DNA of 64,000 nucleotides from Pseudomonadota bacterium (GTDB lineage Bacteria; Pseudomonadota; Gammaproteobacteria; Burkholderiales; Thiobacillaceae), in NCBI GenBank assembly GCA_021784115.1, contig JAJXTE010000003.1:1731-65730 (forward strand), read 5' to 3'. This document shows, piece by piece, positions 59,490 through 64,000 of the stretch. Within the stretch, counting starts at the first letter, position 1. Every line of letters begins with the position of its first letter. The translations under genes were made by a program, and so were the position numbers. Under the pieces are notes generated by a model. It saw only the letters and a list, made by a program, of their open reading frames with translations, was not told where the DNA came from and made no database searches.

Positions 59490-60272
59490 ATGCTTGAAGA
59501 CGTCAAGGCACTGGTTCGGGAAGTCGCCCAGCGCGAGGTCACGCCGCGCTTTCTCAAGGTGGCGCACAGCCACAAGGTGGACGGCAGCCTGTTCACCGAG
59601 GCCGACGCCGCGACGCAGGCCGCGCTGGAGGCGGCATTGCCGCGGATCAACGACGTGCCGGTGCTGGGCGAGGAAATGACCGAGCAGCAGCAGCACGACG
59701 CCTGGGATGCCGGACGCGACGGATTGTGGTGCGTCGACCCGATCGACGGCACCTCCAACTTCGTCGCCGGCGTGCCGTATTTCGCCGTGTCGGTGGCCTA
59801 TCTTTACAAGGGCGAGCGCCAGCTCGGCGTGGTCTACGATCCCGTCGCCGACGAAATGTTCACCGCCGAACGCGGCAAGGGCGCACACCTGAATGGCAAT
59901 CCGCTGCCTTTGCGCGAACCTGTCACCGAACTGCGCCGCGCGCTGGCCGGGGTCGAGATGAAGCGCATCGATCGCGAACTCGCCGGGCGGCTGGCGTCGT
60001 GGCCGCCGTATGCCTCGCAGCGCAATTTCGGTGCCTCCACGCTGGACTGGTGCTATACCGCTGCCGGCCGCTTCGATATCTACGTGCACGGCGGCCAGAA
60101 GCTGTGGGACTACGCCGCCGGCGCCCTGATTCTGGAAGAGGCGGGCGGTCGCCTGGCCAGCCTGTCGGGCAGCTTCGATATCGCCAACGTGTGGGAGCGC
60201 TCCGTCGTCGCGTCGGCCAGTCCGGCCTTGTTCGAATTGTGGCGCGACTGGCTGAAGGCCGCGGGCGCATAA
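59490..60272 (+). CDS. inositol monophosphatase family protein
   Basis: WCVDPIDGTSNF and ...WDYAAGALILEEAGG motifs. Confidence 0.88.
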   Translation: MLEDVKALVREVAQREVTPRFLKVAHSHKVDGSLFTEADAATQAALEAALPRINDVPVLGEEMTEQQQHDAWDAGRDGLWCVDPIDGTSNFVAGVPYFAVSVAYLYKGERQLGVVYDPVADEMFTAERGKGAHLNGNPLPLREPVTELRRALAGVEMKRIDRELAGRLASWPPYASQRNFGASTLDWCYTAAGRFDIYVHGGQKLWDYAAGALILEEAGGRLASLSGSFDIANVWERSVVASASPALFELWRDWLKAAGA

Positions 60273-60505
60273 GCCGCGGCATCGGACAAATAAAAAGATT
60301 TTAGTGTCTCAATTGTGAGCCGGCGCTTGAGCTTGTCTGCTTAAGCCCTTGTCGCAGCGCCTCTTTTGCATGGTTTGGGCCCGGCTTGCGGAAGCCCGCC
60401 TTGCTGACGGATAATCAAGGTTTTTGCATATTCTGCCCAAGCTGCCCTCGCGCGGCTTTCCCGGGCAGCGATGCGACGATTTTTTACTTAGCTGAAGGGA
60501 ACGCA

Positions 60506-62491
60506 ATGCCAACCCGTAACGACCTGGCCAATGCCATCCGCGCGCTCGCGATGGATGCCGTCGAAAAAGCCAAATCCGGCCACCCCGGCGCCCCCATGGG
60601 CATGGCGGAGATTGCTGAAACGCTGTGGAATCACCACATGCGCCACAATCCCACCAACCCCAAGTGGGCGGATCGCGACCGCTTCGTGCTGTCGAACGGC
60701 CACGGCTCGATGCTGATTTATGCATTGCTGCACCTGACCGGCTACGACCTGTCGATGGACGACCTCAAGCAGTTCCGCCAACTGCATTCCAAGACCCCGG
60801 GTCACCCCGAGTACGGCTATGCGCCCGGCATCGAAACCACCACCGGCCCGCTCGGCCAGGGCATCACCAATGCCGTCGGCATGGCGATGGCGGAAAAGAT
60901 CCTCGCCGCCGAATTCAACAAGCCTGACCACGCCATCGTCGACCACCACACCTACGTGTTCATGGGCGACGGCTGCATGATGGAAGGCATCTCGCACGAG
61001 GCCTGCGCGCTGGCTGGCACCTGGAAGCTGAACAAACTGGTCGCTTTCTGGGACGACAACGGCATTTCGATCGACGGCCACATCGAAAACTGGTACACCG
61101 ACGACACTGCCAAGCGCTTCGAAGCCTACGGCTGGAACGTGGTGCCGAACGTCGACGGCCATGACGTGGTCGCCCTCGAGGCGGCAATCCAGAAGGCCAA
61201 GGCCAGCACCGACAAGCCCACCCTGATCTGCTGCAAGACCGTCATCGGCAAGGGCTCGCCCAACAAGGCCGGTACCCACGACGTGCACGGCGCCGCGCTG
61301 GGCCACGACGAAGTCGAGGCTACCCGCAAGAACATGGGCTGGAACCACCCCGCGTTCGAAGTTCCGGCCGACATCTACGCCGGCTGGGATGCCAAGACCA
61401 AGGGCCAGGGCCTCGAAACGCTGTGGAACAACAAGTTCGCCGAGTACAAGAAGGCCTTCCCCGCCGAGGCGGCCGAGTTCGAGCGCCGCATGAAGGGCGA
61501 ACTGCCCGCCAACTGGAAGGCGCACGTCGCCGAGAAGCTGGCCGCGATCAACGCCAAGGCCGAAACCGTTGCCACCCGCAAGGCATCGCAGATTGCGATC
61601 AATGCCCTGGCTTCCGCGCTGCCCGAATTCCTCGGCGGCTCGGCCGATCTCACCGGTTCCAACCTGACCAACTGGGAAGGCTGCCATCCGGTGCGCCACG
61701 GCAACCCCGGCAACTACATCAGCTACGGCGTGCGTGAATTCGGCATGGCCGCGATCATGAACGGCATGGCGCTGCACGGCGGCCTGCTGCCGTTCGGCGG
61801 CACCTTCCTGATGTTCTCCGAGTACTCGCGCAACGCCATCCGCATGGCCGCGCTGATGAAGCAGCGCGTGATCCACGTGTTCACGCACGACTCCATCGGC
61901 CTCGGCGAAGACGGCCCGACCCACCAGCCGGTCGAGCAGACGGCCACCCTGCGCATGATCCCCAACATCGACGTCTGGCGTCCGTGCGACACCGTGGAGA
62001 CGATGGTCGGCTGGGTCGCTTCGGTCGAGCGCCGCGACGGCCCCACCTGTCACATCCTCAGCCGCCAGAACCTGCCGTTCATGAAGCGCGACGACGCGAC
62101 CCTGGCCAACATCGCCAAGGGCGGCTACGTGCTGAAGGATGCCGCAGGCGCCAAGGTGATCATCATCGCCACCGGCTCCGAAGTCGAACTGGCCGTCAAG
62201 GCCCAGGAAGCGCTGGCTGCCGAAGGCATCGCGGTGCGCGTGGTTTCAATGCCGTCGACCAACACCTTCGACAAGCAGGACGCCGCCTACAAGGCCAGCG
62301 TGCTGCCCAAGGGCTTGCCGCGCGTGGCAGTCGAAGCCGGCGTCACCGACTTCTGGCGCAAGTATGTGGGCCTGGAAGGCGCCGTCATCGGCATCGACCG
62401 TTTCGGCGAGTCCGCTCCGGCCCCCGCGCTGTTCAAGGAGTTCGGCATCACCGCCGAGGCCGTCGCGGCCGCGGTGAAGGGCGTTCTGTAA
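60506..62491 (+). CDS. tkt: transketolase
   Basis: [35 protein letters not shown] is a canonical Tkt N-terminus. ThDP motif [10 protein letters not shown] is present. 661 aa. Confidence 0.97.
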   Translation: MPTRNDLANAIRALAMDAVEKAKSGHPGAPMGMAEIAETLWNHHMRHNPTNPKWADRDRFVLSNGHGSMLIYALLHLTGYDLSMDDLKQFRQLHSKTPGHPEYGYAPGIETTTGPLGQGITNAVGMAMAEKILAAEFNKPDHAIVDHHTYVFMGDGCMMEGISHEACALAGTWKLNKLVAFWDDNGISIDGHIENWYTDDTAKRFEAYGWNVVPNVDGHDVVALEAAIQKAKASTDKPTLICCKTVIGKGSPNKAGTHDVHGAALGHDEVEATRKNMGWNHPAFEVPADIYAGWDAKTKGQGLETLWNNKFAEYKKAFPAEAAEFERRMKGELPANWKAHVAEKLAAINAKAETVATRKASQIAINALASALPEFLGGSADLTGSNLTNWEGCHPVRHGNPGNYISYGVREFGMAAIMNGMALHGGLLPFGGTFLMFSEYSRNAIRMAALMKQRVIHVFTHDSIGLGEDGPTHQPVEQTATLRMIPNIDVWRPCDTVETMVGWVASVERRDGPTCHILSRQNLPFMKRDDATLANIAKGGYVLKDAAGAKVIIIATGSEVELAVKAQEALAAEGIAVRVVSMPSTNTFDKQDAAYKASVLPKGLPRVAVEAGVTDFWRKYVGLEGAVIGIDRFGESAPAPALFKEFGITAEAVAAAVKGVL

Positions 62492-62500
62492 AAAGCTGTT

Positions 62501-62541
62501 TCCGCGCAGATCGCGAAGAAAAACTTCGCGACCTGCGCGGA
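62501..62541 (+). other. large intercistronic hairpin between tkt and gap
   Basis: TCCGCGCAGATCGCGAAG-AAAAA-CTTCGCGACCTGCGCGGA forms an 18-bp stem with one mismatch. No T-run follows. Confidence 0.75.
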
Positions 62542-62563
62542 TAAAAATAATTTCTCAACCTAG

Positions 62564-63574
<1,011 letters not shown>

Positions 63575-63581
63575 TTCGGTA

Positions 63582-63626
63582 AACGGTGAGCGGGGAGCGG
63601 CCTTGTTCCGCTCTCAGCTCACCGTT
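63582..63626 (+). other. composite intercistronic hairpin between gap and pgk
   Basis: The outer stem is AACGGTGAGC / GCTCACCGTT and the inner stem is GAGCGG / CCGCTC. No T-run follows. Confidence 0.6.
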
Positions 63627-63707
63627 CACTGCTCACCCGACTGAGTTGTAAGGCCTGGGCGGTACGCTGCCCAACCCTTACCGCTTAATTCTCAGGAGAA
63701 ACAAACC

Positions 63708-64000
63708 ATGGCATTCATCCGCGTCACCGATCTCGATCTGGCAGGCAAGCGCGTCTTCATCCGCGCCGACATGAACGTGCCCGTCAAGGACGGCAAGGTC
63801 ACCTCCGACGCCCGTATCACCGCATCGATGCGCACCATCGAGCACTGCCTCAAGGCTGGCGCCAAGGTGATGGTCACCTCGCACCTCGGCCGTCCCACCG
63901 AAGGCGAGTTCAAGGAAGAGGATTCGCTGAAGCCCGTGGTCGACGTCATCGCGCAGAAGCTCGGCAAGAACATCCGCCTGATCCGCGAATGGACCGACGG
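63708..64000 (+). CDS. pgk: phosphoglycerate kinase, 5' part (runs off the window)
   Basis: [45 protein letters not shown]...VTSHLGRP is a canonical Pgk N-terminus. Confidence 0.93.
   Translation, partial: MAFIRVTDLDLAGKRVFIRADMNVPVKDGKVTSDARITASMRTIEHCLKAGAKVMVTSHLGRPTEGEFKEEDSLKPVVDVIAQKLGKNIRLIREWTD

Noticed and set aside
60273-60505. 233-nt region upstream of tkt, considered as a CbbR/LysR-type operator or promoter (contains one CTTAAG and AT-rich stretches)
   Set aside because: I could not identify a convincing T-N11-A palindrome, a -35/-10 pair with proper spacing, or repeated motifs. The evidence is too weak to call.

Overview
High-GC proteobacterial chromosome segment. The gene content looks betaproteobacterial, possibly a Thiobacillus-like sulfur oxidiser; that is a guess from content, with no search run.

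Layout, left to right:
- (1) 1-17.6 kb: a complete dcw cell-wall/division cluster (rsmH 3' end, ftsL, ftsI, murE, murF, mraY, murD, ftsW, murG, murC, murB, ddl, ftsQ, ftsA, ftsZ) followed by lpxC. Almost every junction is translationally coupled by overlapping stop/start codons.
- (2) 17.6-24.4 kb: an envelope wedge between lpxC and secA. It holds an OmpA-family porin, a lipoprotein plus a Thr/Ser/Gly-rich secreted protein, a CPA1 antiporter with a long leader, and a frameshifted FecR/DUF6600-like gene.
- (3) 24.4-28.4 kb: a DUF721/DciA-like gene divergent from secA, then two small ORFs.
- (4) 28.4-42.3 kb: a copper/redox envelope island with three modules. The first is a CzcI-like gene, an orphan TolC-family OMP, a Tat-exported multicopper oxidase and a CusF-like gene. 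The second is a cytochrome b561 / DUF1924 / diheme cytochrome c operon with a PmrA/QseB-like two-component system. The third is a CusB-CusA-OMP efflux operon. PmrA-box-like repeats lie in the shared divergent promoter of the second and third modules.
- (5) 42.4-44.8 kb: a Sel1-repeat protein with two c-type cytochromes, then tRNA-Arg(CCG).
- (6) 44.9-49.3 kb: a tightly packed five-gene operon of DUF971, a B12-type radical SAM enzyme with a CCAEP tail, an ATP-grasp enzyme, a fructosamine-kinase-family protein and a LEA_2 lipoprotein.
- (7) 49.3-64 kb: housekeeping and signalling genes (ABC-F ATPase, SBP plus HAMP-PAS-GGDEF-EAL, argA, rsmE, tkt-gap-pgk).

No CRISPR array, IS element, integrase or prophage gene was seen.

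Most notable observations:
- A 140-bp insertion at the murG/murC junction, bounded by a perfect 38-bp direct repeat, which creates a 46-codon coupled uORF.
- The uncharacterised radical-SAM/ATP-grasp operon.
- The PmrA-box-like operator pairs.
- A frameshift that splits a signal peptide from its mature domain.

All family assignments are from motif recognition by eye; no database search was run.
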